Below, piece after piece: positions 7,298 through 18,429 of a DNA stretch of 64,000 nt. Made by a program: the position numbers and the translations under genes. The stretch is from Escherichia phage F2: the sequence record NC_054913.1; one strand, given 5' to 3'. Positions within the stretch are counted from its first letter, which is position 1. Every line of letters starts with the position of its first letter. Below the pieces are notes generated by a model. It had not been told where the DNA came from and did not search any database. It saw only the letters and a program-made list of their open reading frames with translations.

Positions 7298-8787
7298 TTT
7301 TAGATATTTTAAACCAAATAGCTGCGATCGGTTCTACTAAAACAAAACAAGAAATCCTTAAGAAAAATAAGGACAACAAATTACTTGAACGTGTGTACCG
7401 TTTAACATATGCACGTGGTATCCAGTATTATATTAAGAAATGGCCAGGACCTGGTGAAAGGTCTCAAGCGTATGGACTTCTTGAATTAGATGACATGTTG
7501 GATTTTATTGAGTTCACATTAGCCACTCGTAAACTCACTGGTAATGCTGCAATTAAAGAGCTCATGGGTTATATCGCTGATGGTAAACCTGATGATGTAG
7601 AAGTCCTTCGTCGCGTAATGATGCGCGACCTTGAAGTAGGTGCTTCAGTGTCTATCGCGAATAAGGTGTGGCCTGGACTTATTCAATTGCAACCACAGAT
7701 GTTAGCATCTGCATATGATGAGAAATTGATTACTAAAAATATTAAATGGCCCGCATTTGCCCAATTAAAAGCAGATGGTGCTCGTTGTTTCGCTGAAGTC
7801 CGCGATGGTGGTGTTCAATTCTTTTCTCGTGCCGGTAACGAATACCATGGTCTTACTCTATTAGCGGATGAACTAATGGAAATGACTAAAGAAGCTCGTG
7901 AAAGACACCCTAATGGGGTTTTAATCGACGGTGAATTAGTTTATCATTCATTCGATATTAAAAAGGCTGTGAGCTCAGGAAATGATCTGTCGTTCTTATT
8001 TGGTGATAATGAAGAATCCGAAGAAGTACAAGTTGCAGACCGTAGCACTTCAAATGGTTTAGCAAATAAATCTCTTCAAGGGACTATTTCTCCTAAAGAA
8101 GCGGAAGGTATGGTTCTTCAAGCCTGGGACTATGTTCCTTTAGATGAAGTCTATTCTGATGGCAAAATTAAAGGTCAGAAATACGATGTTCGTTTTGCTG
8201 CTCTTGAAAATATGGCTGAAGGCTTTAAACGAATTGAACCTATCGAAAACCAGTTAGTTCGTAATCTTGACGAAGCTAAAGTGGTTTATAAAAAATATGT
8301 TGACCAAGGTCTTGAAGGTATTATCCTTAAAAACCGTGATTCATACTGGGAAAACAAACGCTCTAAGAACCTAATTAAATTTAAAGAAGTTATTGATATC
8401 GCTTTAGAAGTTGTAGGATACTATGAACACTCTAAAGACCCTAACAAATTAGGTGGTGTCGAACTCGTATCACGTTGTCGTCGTATTACAACCGATTGTG
8501 GTTCAGGGTTTAAAGATACAACTCATAAAACAGTTGATGGTGTAAAGGTTCTTATTCCTTTAGATGAGCGTCATGATTTGGACCGTGAACGATTAATGAC
8601 CGAAGCTCGTGAAGGTAAATTGATTGGACGTATTGCTGATTGTGAATGCAATGGTTGGGTTCATTCTAAAGGACGTGAAGGCACTGTAGGTATTTTCCTT
8701 CCAATTATTAAAGGGTTCCGTTTTGATAAAACAGAAGCGGATTCGTTTGAAGACGTATTTGGACCGTGGTCCCAGACAGGTTTATAA
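7294..8787 (+). CDS. 30: ATP-dependent DNA ligase
   Basis: 497 aa; N-terminus collinear with T4 gp30 from recall (MIL.ILN.IA.IGSTK.KQ.IL.KNKDN.LL.RVYRLTY); adenylation motif KADGAR. Confidence 0.9.
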   Translation: MILDILNQIAAIGSTKTKQEILKKNKDNKLLERVYRLTYARGIQYYIKKWPGPGERSQAYGLLELDDMLDFIEFTLATRKLTGNAAIKELMGYIADGKPDDVEVLRRVMMRDLEVGASVSIANKVWPGLIQLQPQMLASAYDEKLITKNIKWPAFAQLKADGARCFAEVRDGGVQFFSRAGNEYHGLTLLADELMEMTKEARERHPNGVLIDGELVYHSFDIKKAVSSGNDLSFLFGDNEESEEVQVADRSTSNGLANKSLQGTISPKEAEGMVLQAWDYVPLDEVYSDGKIKGQKYDVRFAALENMAEGFKRIEPIENQLVRNLDEAKVVYKKYVDQGLEGIILKNRDSYWENKRSKNLIKFKEVIDIALEVVGYYEHSKDPNKLGGVELVSRCRRITTDCGSGFKDTTHKTVDGVKVLIPLDERHDLDRERLMTEAREGKLIGRIADCECNGWVHSKGREGTVGIFLPIIKGFRFDKTEADSFEDVFGPWSQTGL

Positions 8788-8975
8788 TGAAAGCTTATTT
8801 AGAAACAGTTATTGTAGCTAAGAAGGATGGTGGAGATGTTTCCACCTCTTGCTCTCAGATTATATTAGATTTTCCTAATGAAAATTCGTATCGGGTTTTC
8901 GTAGATAACGTTAATGGGTACGAAAAAGGCCCTAATTTTGAAGTTTATCGTACTTTGCTCCCGATTGTGGATTAA
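8787..8975 (+). CDS. hypothetical small protein (62 aa)
   Basis: ATG overlaps the ligase stop (TAATG); followed by a terminator. Confidence 0.4.
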   Translation: MKAYLETVIVAKKDGGDVSTSCSQIILDFPNENSYRVFVDNVNGYEKGPNFEVYRTLLPIVD

Positions 8976-8996
8976 GAGCCTTCGGGCTCTTTTTGG
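8975..8996 (+). terminator. rho-independent terminator
   Basis: AGAGCC-TTCG-GGCTCT followed by TTTTT. Confidence 0.6.
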
Positions 8997-8997
8997 C

Positions 8998-9011
8998 ATA
9001 AATATAAATTA
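8998..9011 (+). promoter_or_regulatory. putative late promoter upstream of alt
   Basis: overlapping near-consensus CATAAATA / TATAAATT about 20-30 bp before the alt ATG. Confidence 0.35.
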
Positions 9012-9030
9012 TTACTAAAAGGAAAACACT

Positions 9031-11118
9031 ATGTCTGAACAATTAAATGAAGTGTTTGAATCTGAAGGCAGTCTTCCTGTCGTCAATTTGAACCCTAAAG
9101 CTAAAGTTCCACAAGTCTGGAAAATTGGTGATATCGATACAAACATCGTAGTTCGCTTATTCTCTTACCTTTCTGAAGGCGATGCTGTAAAACAAGTTAA
9201 ACTTGGCGACAAATACGCTCATGTTGTTATTATGAGTCTGTCTGAAAAGGGTAATCTCGCTGAATTGAAAAATGGCCTTGGTCCTGCTCCTATTGATGCA
9301 ATCAACACCATTTTCAATACGGTATATGAACAGGTTAAAGCTCTTCGTATGGATGCAGTTCTGTTCCGGTTCCCTACCAAGAAATTGAAAGGACGTGGAC
9401 AACAGCTTCAAACTCTTCTTGCTCGTTTAGTTTCTACTAAAACTGGCGGTCGTTTTAAAGTATTGTCAGCAATGTATCAATTCACAGGTAAACACACCTA
9501 TGTGATGATGGTTCGTAAAAATGCCAACATTGAAGATATTAAAGGCATCCCTAACATTAACACAGAGTTGTACACGAAAGTAGATTCTGATGTTGGCGAA
9601 GTTTATGTGAGTAAAAAGACTGGTGAAATGGTCACCAAAGAAGCGGCTATCGCTGGTTCTATTGCTGCTGTAGAAGAAAAACGTAAAGATAAGCCTGTTA
9701 TTGCTCGTACTAAAATTTCTCGTCGTGCTATTGCAGCAAGTCAATCTTTAGAAGCTGACCGCCAAGAAGGTGAGTTATTCCAGAAATACGAAAATTCTGC
9801 TAAAGAAGTTAGTGGCCCAGCTACAGCCGAATTACTTCCTGAAGCATATGAAATCGTACTAGCCCAAGCATCGTCCACAGCAAAAGGCACTTTAGTTGCT
9901 GATATCGAAAATAAGATTTATAATCGTATTGATGAATCCTTTAGATTTGCTGATGAAGTTTCTTATGGTAGTGTTATTAAGCCAACTTTAGAAAAGTTTG
10001 CTAAGAAAATTAAAACTGAAAAAACAACATCTGTTAAAGCATTAGCTGCTTTTGTTGAAGCTGCAAATGAAATTGCAGACTCTATTAAAGACGAATGGTT
10101 TGAAGATTTTAGACGTGATAATTTCCAACTGGCCGACGACGTTTTAGCTGAAGTATCTGAAAAAACTTGGAAACAACGTAAATCAGCGTTCTTGTCTAAT
10201 GTGATGTATACTTATGCACGAGAATCGGCTAGAGGCACCTTTAATATAACAATGAATCGGGACCCTAAACAATACTCTGTTGCTGAAAAACGAGCTATTC
10301 GTGAATATGCCTCTTCTGCGTATACCGATATCAATAATATGTTGTTAGGTCGTTATAAACCAGATTTTTACGATGTTGCAGATGAAGATGAAGTTAAACG
10401 CGCTATTGATGGTCTTGATTCGGCGTTTTTAAATGGAGACCGTTTACCTGAAGGACTAACGTTATATAGAGCCCAGTCTATCAGAATGCCTATTTACGAA
10501 GCAATGGTTAAAAATAAGGTATTCTACTTCAGAAACTATGTTTCCACTTCACTAGCTCCTATTATTTTCGGTGGGTTTAAAGAGAACGTTGCCCTTGGAC
10601 TTGCTCCTGAAGAAGTTCGCAAAGAGCTTAACATTGACAATAATGACGAAGGTGTTACTATTTCTCCTAGTCAAGTAAGAACAGCTATGCATGCACCAGA
10701 CCAAATCCGTGTTAACGTTGGATGGGCTATTGATGGCGCCCATAAAGTTAACGTGATTTATCCTGGACAGTTGAGTAATCACCCTAATGAGCAAGAAATT
10801 ATTTTGCCTAGAGGCATTCTCTTGCAGATAAATAAAATTACGGATGCGTCATCTGACACTGGTGCAGGTTTAGAATCCAACCTTAAATTTATTCAAGCTG
10901 AAGTCATGTCCTCAGACCAGTTGGACGAAGTTGTCATTTACGATGGTGATGTTCTCATGGAAACAGGCGAGGTGGTTGCTATGACTGGTGAAATCGAATC
11001 AGATGAGCCGATATCGTTCTCCTCATTTGTAGAAAAAACTAGTGCTCCTAAAGGATTGAAATTGTTAGCATCTTTAATGGATTTAGAATCAGTTCCGTTT
11101 AAATTTGTCCAAGGATAG
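9031..11118 (+). CDS. alt: Alt-type ADP-ribosyltransferase (capsid-packaged, modifies host RNA polymerase)
   Basis: 695 aa versus T4 Alt 682; position between gene 30 and gene 54; ART motifs YRAQS (Arg), YVSTSLA (STS), QEIILPRG (catalytic Glu region). Confidence 0.75.
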   Translation: MSEQLNEVFESEGSLPVVNLNPKAKVPQVWKIGDIDTNIVVRLFSYLSEGDAVKQVKLGDKYAHVVIMSLSEKGNLAELKNGLGPAPIDAINTIFNTVYEQVKALRMDAVLFRFPTKKLKGRGQQLQTLLARLVSTKTGGRFKVLSAMYQFTGKHTYVMMVRKNANIEDIKGIPNINTELYTKVDSDVGEVYVSKKTGEMVTKEAAIAGSIAAVEEKRKDKPVIARTKISRRAIAASQSLEADRQEGELFQKYENSAKEVSGPATAELLPEAYEIVLAQASSTAKGTLVADIENKIYNRIDESFRFADEVSYGSVIKPTLEKFAKKIKTEKTTSVKALAAFVEAANEIADSIKDEWFEDFRRDNFQLADDVLAEVSEKTWKQRKSAFLSNVMYTYARESARGTFNITMNRDPKQYSVAEKRAIREYASSAYTDINNMLLGRYKPDFYDVADEDEVKRAIDGLDSAFLNGDRLPEGLTLYRAQSIRMPIYEAMVKNKVFYFRNYVSTSLAPIIFGGFKENVALGLAPEEVRKELNIDNNDEGVTISPSQVRTAMHAPDQIRVNVGWAIDGAHKVNVIYPGQLSNHPNEQEIILPRGILLQINKITDASSDTGAGLESNLKFIQAEVMSSDQLDEVVIYDGDVLMETGEVVAMTGEIESDEPISFSSFVEKTSAPKGLKLLASLMDLESVPFKFVQG

Positions 11119-11152
11119 TTTACAAACACATGGATGTGTGATACTATCATCC
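11118..11152 (+). promoter_or_regulatory. T4-type early promoter (PeSL-like)
   Basis: GTTTAC at 11118-11123, TACTAT at 11142-11147, imperfect inverted repeat GGATG / CATCC around the -10. Confidence 0.5.
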
Positions 11153-11163
11153 CATCAACAACA

Positions 11164-11470
11164 CGAGGAAAACGTTATGAAATCTATGCTTCGCTTTAAT
11201 GGTCAAGAACTAGTAGTTGAAGATGTTATCCCAGCGGATGATGCTTTTAACGAAGCTGTGATTGACGAATTGAATCGAGTATTCCCAGGTGCATTCCATA
11301 TTGCTATGGAACCTCTTAAAAACTTTCGTGACCCTGAACACACTGATCAAATTTTTGTCGGTGTAGTGACGGGTCATTTAGAAACAGAGGTACCAATGGT
11401 CGTATTAGTTAAATACTCTAAAGATGATACTCCATTCCGAGCACCAGCATTCCTTTCATTCCGTAAATAA
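11164..11470 (+). CDS. hypothetical protein (102 aa)
   Basis: ORF with RBS GAGGAAAACGTTATG; own promoter and terminator. Confidence 0.5.
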
Positions 11471-11479
11471 ACCCCTAAA

Positions 11480-11502
11480 GGGAGACGTTGTCTCCCTTTT
11501 TC
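11480..11502. terminator. bidirectional terminator hairpin between convergent genes
   Basis: GGGAGAC-GTT-GTCTCCC followed by TTTTTC on +, A-run on the other strand. Confidence 0.55.
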
Positions 11503-11503
11503 T

Positions 11504-12466
11504 TTATAGTCCTAAAACTCTTGACGCAGAATTCACCACACCTGTCAATGTGTTTATATTAGACACACCTCCAGCAGTCCCACCTAATCTAGAAAGTCTT
11601 GATACTGCACTTCCTAGACCAGAATCATTCTGATTATTTCCAAACATTCCTGAAACACTACTAATAAGTCCTGATTCCAGCCATTCTAAAGCAGCCTGTC
11701 TATTTACAGCACCTGATTGCATAACGCGATAAGCAAATGTTACATCAAAAACTGTTATCTGATTATCACCGTCATACGTTAACTCAGGAGAAGAGACACT
11801 AACAGGAATACATCCAGTGAACATGACAGCGGTATGTGGTAAACCATTTCGTGCATGTAAATTAACCTGAATATCTGCTTCGACGTCTTGTGGTAAAGCA
11901 CGAAGACCTGTTACAGGGTCTTGGACTGAGTTTACCCAGTCTTGCATTGCTCTAAAGTTAGATGCTTCGGAATCCATTCTAAAGCTTATTACTAACGGGT
12001 CCATTTCACGGCCGGTAATTCGGATGTTCGGTGAGTTATAGTTGAAATCTGTTTCATAAGATAATCGGTTCTCAGGCATTTTTACAGAATAAATCATTAA
12101 ACCTGTATTATTATATGCCATATTGAAGAAGTCTATCAGATAAGATCCTACTGTGAACTCGCCTAACAAGCTTTGTACCGTACGTTGACTCATTGCTCCA
12201 ATCAGATATTTACTTACACCTGATTTTCGAATTAATTTCTGTGTTCCTGCTGTAATCAGGGTTGTTACGCCCTGATTGATATCACCTTGAGTCAATCCTA
12301 GCCAATCAGAATCCAACCCTAAGTTATTATAAGCAAAACTACCAATTGACGAAATTAGTGAAGATGATTTAGTCGACGGTGTAGTAGCAAATACACAACT
12401 AAACATATTGTTTCGTTGGAAATCTGCATTTATAGCTTGGTTATTAAATTCTTCTAAAGAGTACAT
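11504..12466 (-). CDS. 54: baseplate tail-tube junction protein gp54
   Basis: 320 aa, T4 gp54 size and position after gp48. Confidence 0.75.
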   Translation of the reverse strand: MYSLEEFNNQAINADFQRNNMFSCVFATTPSTKSSSLISSIGSFAYNNLGLDSDWLGLTQGDINQGVTTLITAGTQKLIRKSGVSKYLIGAMSQRTVQSLLGEFTVGSYLIDFFNMAYNNTGLMIYSVKMPENRLSYETDFNYNSPNIRITGREMDPLVISFRMDSEASNFRAMQDWVNSVQDPVTGLRALPQDVEADIQVNLHARNGLPHTAVMFTGCIPVSVSSPELTYDGDNQITVFDVTFAYRVMQSGAVNRQAALEWLESGLISSVSGMFGNNQNDSGLGSAVSRLSRLGGTAGGVSNINTLTGVVNSASRVLGL

Positions 12467-13575
12467 TAGAAAGTCCCCGCATAAAGTGAAGAACGGTTTA
12501 ATGTAATAATTTCTCGCATTGTTATCTCTAACGTAAATGTTGACGGTAAGTTAGGAGCAACAGCAAGACCATTAAATTGTCCATTTGGAGTTTTATCAAA
12601 ACGTACGCTTTGAATTTGGCATGGGCCAAATACGTCAGTTAATCCATCAAATTTAGACGTATAACCAAAGTTTTTAACCATCCAAATTGTAGGGTTGCTT
12701 ACAACTAATACGTTTGTTAATGACGCAGTAATCTTTTCAAACAACGTCTTATTTTTTACTGCATCATCCGGCGTCATAGGCTCAATAAACGTTGAACGGT
12801 ACCATTCGTCTAAATAACTTTTAATCTCTTGGGCGTACTGTGATTTACCGGTCTCACCATATGAGAAATAGTTAAAATACTGGTAAATGTTTATAATAGC
12901 CATAAGGTCTTCAGTTGAACGTGGAGTTAAATCCCATGTAAAGACTTTAGTACGGTTCTCAGCACCACCATACATACTACGAGAAGTCGTATAAATCTGT
13001 TCGTTATTATCAGCCATAAGCCCTTGAGTAATAGAATCTAATGCACCAAAAACTGCAGTAGAAGCAATGTTACTTAAAACACCCGTAGCAGTACCTCCAC
13101 CTTTAGTAATAAGGCTATCACCAACATCATTAAAACGATGTGAAGTTGTATCAACGTCAGATTTGGAACGCGGCAAAAGTATATTAGCAACAGGAGTTTT
13201 ATTTATAGTAGGTTTATTAGCTCCGGCAGGAAGCAACCCATTAGAGAATTTAGTCACTGCATCTTTCACATTATCAGTTAAATCTGATATGATACCATTA
13301 GATGAAGTGCCGGCGTATGCCGGACGTAAATTCCTGAGGGATCCTGAATCGCGTGCAGACATATTGTACGCGGTAAATAATAATCCATTCTTATAAAGGT
13401 CTGTTACCTGGAAGTCTCCTGTGGAGTCATTTCCGGCTGCTCTTCCTGTAGGAAATTGAGCAACATAAGTTTTAGTAGTTGTTTCGGTTTTAGTGCTTTG
13501 CCCAGCACTTTCTGAGACTGGGATTGCTTTATTTAAATCCTTTGCATCTACTACTATTTCTTTTACACTAATCAT
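12466..13575 (-). CDS. 48: baseplate tail-tube junction protein gp48
   Basis: 369 aa, T4 gp48-like size and synteny. Confidence 0.75.
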   Translation of the reverse strand: MISVKEIVVDAKDLNKAIPVSESAGQSTKTETTTKTYVAQFPTGRAAGNDSTGDFQVTDLYKNGLLFTAYNMSARDSGSLRNLRPAYAGTSSNGIISDLTDNVKDAVTKFSNGLLPAGANKPTINKTPVANILLPRSKSDVDTTSHRFNDVGDSLITKGGGTATGVLSNIASTAVFGALDSITQGLMADNNEQIYTTSRSMYGGAENRTKVFTWDLTPRSTEDLMAIINIYQYFNYFSYGETGKSQYAQEIKSYLDEWYRSTFIEPMTPDDAVKNKTLFEKITASLTNVLVVSNPTIWMVKNFGYTSKFDGLTDVFGPCQIQSVRFDKTPNGQFNGLAVAPNLPSTFTLEITMREIITLNRSSLYAGTF

Positions 13576-13583
13576 GATAATCC

Positions 13584-15356
13584 TTAATTAACACCGGTGG
13601 CATGGAAAATTCCAGGAGCCGTTGTACTTGTTACAGGGGTCATATTCTGGACTACGGTATTCTTTTTGACGACATTATTTGTGTTACTAATCGCCGCTAC
13701 CGGTTGCTGTTGTTTAGATTCAGAAGCACGTCCTTTCTCTATTGACTGAACTTGTTTTGCTTCAGGAGATTTAGTCGAAGATTCAGGCTTAACTGTTGTC
13801 TGGGCTTTTTTGGCTTCAGCCATTTTATTATTTAGCTTTTCAAATCTAGCATCCAATTCCTTTTTAACAACAGGAGTTTTATTAAGTTCAGGGTCTTTAA
13901 TAAGTTTACTTAAATCAGCATAAGACTTCTCGACGTTTTTAGCATTTTCTGGATTAGTCATATCGATTTTATCGATATAATCCTCAAATCTAACTAGTGC
14001 CGCACGAGTTTCATTAGCTTTTATATACGCCTCTTTACGCTCCTCTTCAGGTAACTCTTTTAATTTTGCTGATTCCGCAGCACGCTCATCGCTTGTACTA
14101 AACTCTTCTTTATTGTCATTACCACGAACCCAGTTAGTAACGAATGTTTTGCCGCGTTGTAACATATCAAGACCTTTAGAAACGGTTCCTAATTCCCCAT
14201 CGTCACGCTTCATTTGATATTTAGCGACTTTCTCTTGGTCTTCTTTCTTTAATGTGTTCCCAGTAGTTTCTTGGAATCCTTCCAAAGCACGTCCTTCTAT
14301 TTCGTCTGCGGTATCACCAAAACCTATAGCACGCAATATAGACGCGGAGAGTTTAGCCATTCCTAATTGAATTAGTTCACCTAAGTTCATTAATGCTGTT
14401 CCTACACCTTTGACAATAGCAACGGTTAAACCACCCCAGTCTCCAGCTTCCCACAATTGTTTTATAGAGTCAATAGAAGTGAATATATCACTTAAGAATT
14501 TACCCCACTCTTTAGCTTCATCGGAGAATTTAGTAAAGTTTTCATCAAATAAATCCCAGGCAGAAGTGAACTTGTCTGTCCAATATTTGAAATGGACTAT
14601 CAATAAATCAATACCGATAACAATACCAAGAATAAGTGCGGCCATTTTTGCTGCTTCAATAGCAGCCGTTATAGTGTATTTGAAAAGCATTCCAGCAATT
14701 CTGTCAGAAATTGATATTGATTTATTAAACCCGGCTTGAACTGTTTTGGTGAGCATTGCAATTTTATCGCTCAATTTAAAGCTAATCCCGCCTTTAGAAT
14801 CAGAAGTAGAATTAGCACTTTCTTGAACCGGGGCTGGGAAGAAATCTTCGTCTGGCTTATTATCAATCTTTTCAGGTGTAGGTAATGCTTTAAACAGCTC
14901 ATCATAAGTTTCATTCTCAACCACTTTAACAGGTATTGCGTTCTCAATTACTTCAAGAGAGGTGCCTCCTGTATTTTGAATAGCGGTAGATGTTTGTAAT
15001 TTTTGCTCTAATAATGTAGCTAATCGGTCTAACTTGGAGCTTATTGCACTAGAAACTTCGTTTATACTTTTAGTGACTTCAGTTTGTTTTTCAATAACTT
15101 CTGCGATAAGCTCTGTGCCTTCAGCAGTATTATCTGTCGAATTCTTTAAGTCTCCAATTGATTCAATAATTCCATTGCCTTTATCTTCTACACTTTGTGA
15201 TGTGAGTTCAGACGCGGCTTGGACATCGTCTAGTTTTGATGAAATATCATTCAATGCTTCTAATGAATCAGTAGCTGCTGTTGCAGCTACTTTTTGTGGT
15301 TTATTATCGGCAATGACCTTATTTCTACGCATGGATTTCATTTCTTCAGGTTTCAT
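13584..15356 (-). CDS. 29: tail length tape-measure / baseplate hub protein gp29
   Basis: 590 aa as T4 gp29; synteny 27-28-29-48-54. Confidence 0.75.
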   Translation of the reverse strand: MKPEEMKSMRRNKVIADNKPQKVAATAATDSLEALNDISSKLDDVQAASELTSQSVEDKGNGIIESIGDLKNSTDNTAEGTELIAEVIEKQTEVTKSINEVSSAISSKLDRLATLLEQKLQTSTAIQNTGGTSLEVIENAIPVKVVENETYDELFKALPTPEKIDNKPDEDFFPAPVQESANSTSDSKGGISFKLSDKIAMLTKTVQAGFNKSISISDRIAGMLFKYTITAAIEAAKMAALILGIVIGIDLLIVHFKYWTDKFTSAWDLFDENFTKFSDEAKEWGKFLSDIFTSIDSIKQLWEAGDWGGLTVAIVKGVGTALMNLGELIQLGMAKLSASILRAIGFGDTADEIEGRALEGFQETTGNTLKKEDQEKVAKYQMKRDDGELGTVSKGLDMLQRGKTFVTNWVRGNDNKEEFSTSDERAAESAKLKELPEEERKEAYIKANETRAALVRFEDYIDKIDMTNPENAKNVEKSYADLSKLIKDPELNKTPVVKKELDARFEKLNNKMAEAKKAQTTVKPESSTKSPEAKQVQSIEKGRASESKQQQPVAAISNTNNVVKKNTVVQNMTPVTSTTAPGIFHATGVN

Positions 15357-15886
15357 TCAAGCAATCCAATAATTTCTGCTATACCCTTAATAGGGCCATT
15401 AGGGCCTGGAATAGCAATAGTTGTCGAAAGGTCTTCTGCCCATTTGATTACAAAAGCAGGCATCTCAAGGAAAGAAATTTCTTTCTCTTCGTCATTAACT
15501 TTTATTAAGCAATTTGATAGCATTTCACTGATTGTAGCGAATTGTTCAAATTTGCCTGGGGGTCTAAAATAAAAAGTATTACCTTGAAATTGGAATTCTG
15601 TTCGTTGGCATACATAGACGTCATCTAGTTTATAAGTGAATCCATCTTTTTCAACTTCAGACTTAAGTTTGTTATTAAATTCCAATATGTGTAGACATGC
15701 AAAATCAAAATCTGCTGGACTCATATTTTTACAAATAGAATCTGCTAAGATTTTCATGTTTTCATCAGGGCCTTTAACGTCCTTTAAAAGATTATAATGT
15801 TTGAGCCCTAATTTGGGAATCATTACCTTTTTATTAGACTGTGGTAGAATTATTTTCTTTAGAGGTAGAATCAGATTTAAGTTCAT
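15353..15886 (-). CDS. 28: baseplate hub distal subunit gp28
   Basis: 177 aa as T4 gp28; overlaps gp29 start (ATGA). Confidence 0.7.
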   Translation of the reverse strand: MNLNLILPLKKIILPQSNKKVMIPKLGLKHYNLLKDVKGPDENMKILADSICKNMSPADFDFACLHILEFNNKLKSEVEKDGFTYKLDDVYVCQRTEFQFQGNTFYFRPPGKFEQFATISEMLSNCLIKVNDEEKEISFLEMPAFVIKWAEDLSTTIAIPGPNGPIKGIAEIIGLLE

Positions 15887-17006
15887 TTTTAACCTTAACT
15901 GGGTTAACAGGTTCTAACACCATTGAGTTGGTAAACATGTACAGATGAGTTTGTGAGTTGTTATTTGATAACTCATGAATAACTTCATCCACGTAAAATT
16001 CGGATTTGAATTGGTTCTTTTGGTCGACAAATATAATTTTAGTAGCAGGCGTTATGTTAAAATTACCTGTAGTAGTGCATTTAGCATATCCGTCGTATTG
16101 AGCCATTGTCTGAAGACGACTTGCTTCTTCAAATCCATTACGATAGGTCATTTCTGAATATCCACCTGATCTTGACACAAGAATAGCATTATCACCATCA
16201 CCTGTAACAATAACCGGAATAGATGTATCTAAAAATGAATGAGCGAATATCGTGGCGTTTTTAATAGGGTCTCTTGTAAATTGGTTAGCTTTAGTCATCC
16301 AGGTGAAATCCCATACTAATGGATACTCAAGCTCTTGAATATACTGACCTACAGTATTTGGCTCGCCTACAACCATCTTAATGCCTTCCTGACCAATAAG
16401 AGTATCATAGTCAATCATGTTTACGCCTAAAATATCTTGCCATACGAATACGAACTTATCACTCGCTGTAGCAAGTCCTAATTCTCTGACATATGCCAAA
16501 TAATCGTCAAATGTGCTTGTCCAAGGGATATCAGGAACATAAGCATTAATAGTGTTTATTGGCGGAGTAATTAACGTACGGTCTTTATATATGACACCTA
16601 ACATTTCACGTATAGATTCTCCTGCGTCTGAGAAGAATGGTCGCCCAAATTTAAGATTCTCTATAGAATGTATTGTTCCAAGCTCAATTGCAATAATATT
16701 GTCACCTTTTGAGTCCACAGACACAGAATAATGTCTACATCCATAAATTCGAGTTCTAACTTGGAGAGGTGTGTTTGAATTTGAAACAGAGATTTGAACT
16801 ATCTGTCTACCGTCCATTTTAGTGTGGATGTTTTTAGTGTCATAAAATTGAAGAATCCCTTCATTTCTTCCATATAGCGAATCTCGCATGGTTAAAGTTG
16901 TTATTGTTGCTGCGAGTTCAACGTATCTATTTTCTTGCCAAGCCGAATAATCTTGGTATAATTTAACGCTTAAGTTAGGATATCCTGGACGTTGGAATAC
17001 TGTCAT
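15834..17006 (-). CDS. 27: baseplate hub subunit gp27
   Basis: 390 aa versus T4 391; synteny. Confidence 0.8.
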   Translation of the reverse strand: MTVFQRPGYPNLSVKLYQDYSAWQENRYVELAATITTLTMRDSLYGRNEGILQFYDTKNIHTKMDGRQIVQISVSNSNTPLQVRTRIYGCRHYSVSVDSKGDNIIAIELGTIHSIENLKFGRPFFSDAGESIREMLGVIYKDRTLITPPINTINAYVPDIPWTSTFDDYLAYVRELGLATASDKFVFVWQDILGVNMIDYDTLIGQEGIKMVVGEPNTVGQYIQELEYPLVWDFTWMTKANQFTRDPIKNATIFAHSFLDTSIPVIVTGDGDNAILVSRSGGYSEMTYRNGFEEASRLQTMAQYDGYAKCTTTGNFNITPATKIIFVDQKNQFKSEFYVDEVIHELSNNNSQTHLYMFTNSMVLEPVNPVKVKNELKSDSTSKENNSTTV

Positions 17007-17755
17007 TTTTTATGGTCCTTTTCTACTAATGTTAAAGCAATACCACGTTCAACAGGAATCATTTGCATAATAGAATCCAATGTGTATTGACTCTTTACTA
17101 GTGAATGGTTTATCTGATAGAATGTAAAAATCTCATCAGGGTTAACTAACAATTTAAAAACCTCTAAGATATCAGTATATGTTTTAACATGGCGTTCACA
17201 ACAACCTAATCTAAGGGTCAAATTAATAGGGTTCATAGAAGCAATAACCTTCTCGAGAGAGTCAATGTCTATTGCTTCTATTACTTGGATTTGGTTCTCT
17301 TCAGTCAAATCATTCCATGGGTACCATTCATCATTATAATATATTTCTTTTATGTTTTCACTTATCATTAATGCTTTATTGTCATAAAACTTTTCAGGGA
17401 AAGAAAAACGTATTTTTATACCAGCAACATCAAGTTCAGGTTCGACTAGTTCTTTTTGATATATCTCAAATGGTGCAGTTTTTTCTTTAGAGCATTTAGG
17501 GCAAGTGAAAATAACGGGAACTTTTGTTTTGCCTATAGAGCCTGCAAAAACTTGCAGGAATATAAATGGTTGCCATGTTTTAGGGTACTCGCCAAAATAA
17601 TCATCAATCAGATCGGCAATTATTTCTTTTTGTTCTTGCGGCGAACGATGTTCGATATCATTTCTAACTAGTAAAAAGTCTCTATAATCCGCCACAGTGA
17701 ACGGCTTAAAACGATGAACACCATCCGGTAATTTACAACGAATTATATTAGCCAT
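17003..17755 (-). CDS. 51: baseplate hub assembly catalyst gp51
   Basis: 250 aa versus T4 249; synteny. Confidence 0.75.
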   Translation of the reverse strand: MANIIRCKLPDGVHRFKPFTVADYRDFLLVRNDIEHRSPQEQKEIIADLIDDYFGEYPKTWQPFIFLQVFAGSIGKTKVPVIFTCPKCSKEKTAPFEIYQKELVEPELDVAGIKIRFSFPEKFYDNKALMISENIKEIYYNDEWYPWNDLTEENQIQVIEAIDIDSLEKVIASMNPINLTLRLGCCERHVKTYTDILEVFKLLVNPDEIFTFYQINHSLVKSQYTLDSIMQMIPVERGIALTLVEKDHKK

Positions 17756-17772
17756 AATTACTCCTTTTCTAT

Positions 17773-17784
17773 TATTTATAAATA
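17773..17784. promoter_or_regulatory. divergent overlapping late promoters for gene 51 (-) and gene 26 (+)
   Basis: TATTTATAAATA: TATAAATA readable on both strands between divergent late genes. Confidence 0.55.
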
Positions 17785-17802
17785 CACAATAAAGGAGTTA
17801 AC

Positions 17803-18429
17803 ATGTACAAATATACGTTTACCGTACGTTTAGGCGATAAAGAAGTGAATTGTAGAGCCTTTACTTTAAAAGAATATTTAGGACTCATAGGTGCGCGGGC
17901 TACCGGTACTATTGAATCAGCAGTGAACAATATTATCACTAATTGCTCTAACGCTAAAAACTTGACTAAACAAGAAGCCGAGCTATTGTTGGTAAATCTG
18001 TGGGCACATTCGTTAGGTGAAGTGAATCAAGAACACACCTGGAATTGTTCCTGTGGGCATTCATTTCAAGTCTATATGAATTTATTGCACACTCAATTAG
18101 ATGAACAGGCCGATCCCTGGTATTCGTTCAGCGGTATTAAAATTAAATTCCGTCAACCTAAATTATTTGACGATAAAAATATCGCATTAATGATTGCTTC
18201 ATGTATTGAGGCCGTTTTTGTCAATGGAGAGTCCATCCCTGTTGAAGATTTAACTGAAGCAGAAATAAACGACCTTTACGGCCTTATAACAGAAGATGAC
18301 ATGATCAATATTAAAAATCTTTTAGTATCGCCATCAATTTATCTGGCAACCCCTATTAAATGTCCCAAATGTGGGGCGTCACACGTTCACACAATACGAG
18401 GCCTCAAAGAATTCTTTGAGTTACTATAA
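17803..18429 (+). CDS. 26: baseplate hub subunit gp26
   Basis: 208 aa as T4 gp26; synteny. Confidence 0.75.
   Translation: MYKYTFTVRLGDKEVNCRAFTLKEYLGLIGARATGTIESAVNNIITNCSNAKNLTKQEAELLLVNLWAHSLGEVNQEHTWNCSCGHSFQVYMNLLHTQLDEQADPWYSFSGIKIKFRQPKLFDDKNIALMIASCIEAVFVNGESIPVEDLTEAEINDLYGLITEDDMINIKNLLVSPSIYLATPIKCPKCGASHVHTIRGLKEFFELL

Noticed and set aside
14410-15572. Three + strand ORFs (14410-14739, 15034-15372, 15294-15572) inside genes 29 and 28
   Set aside because: Embedded antisense to well-supported structural genes with low-complexity translations; shadow ORFs.
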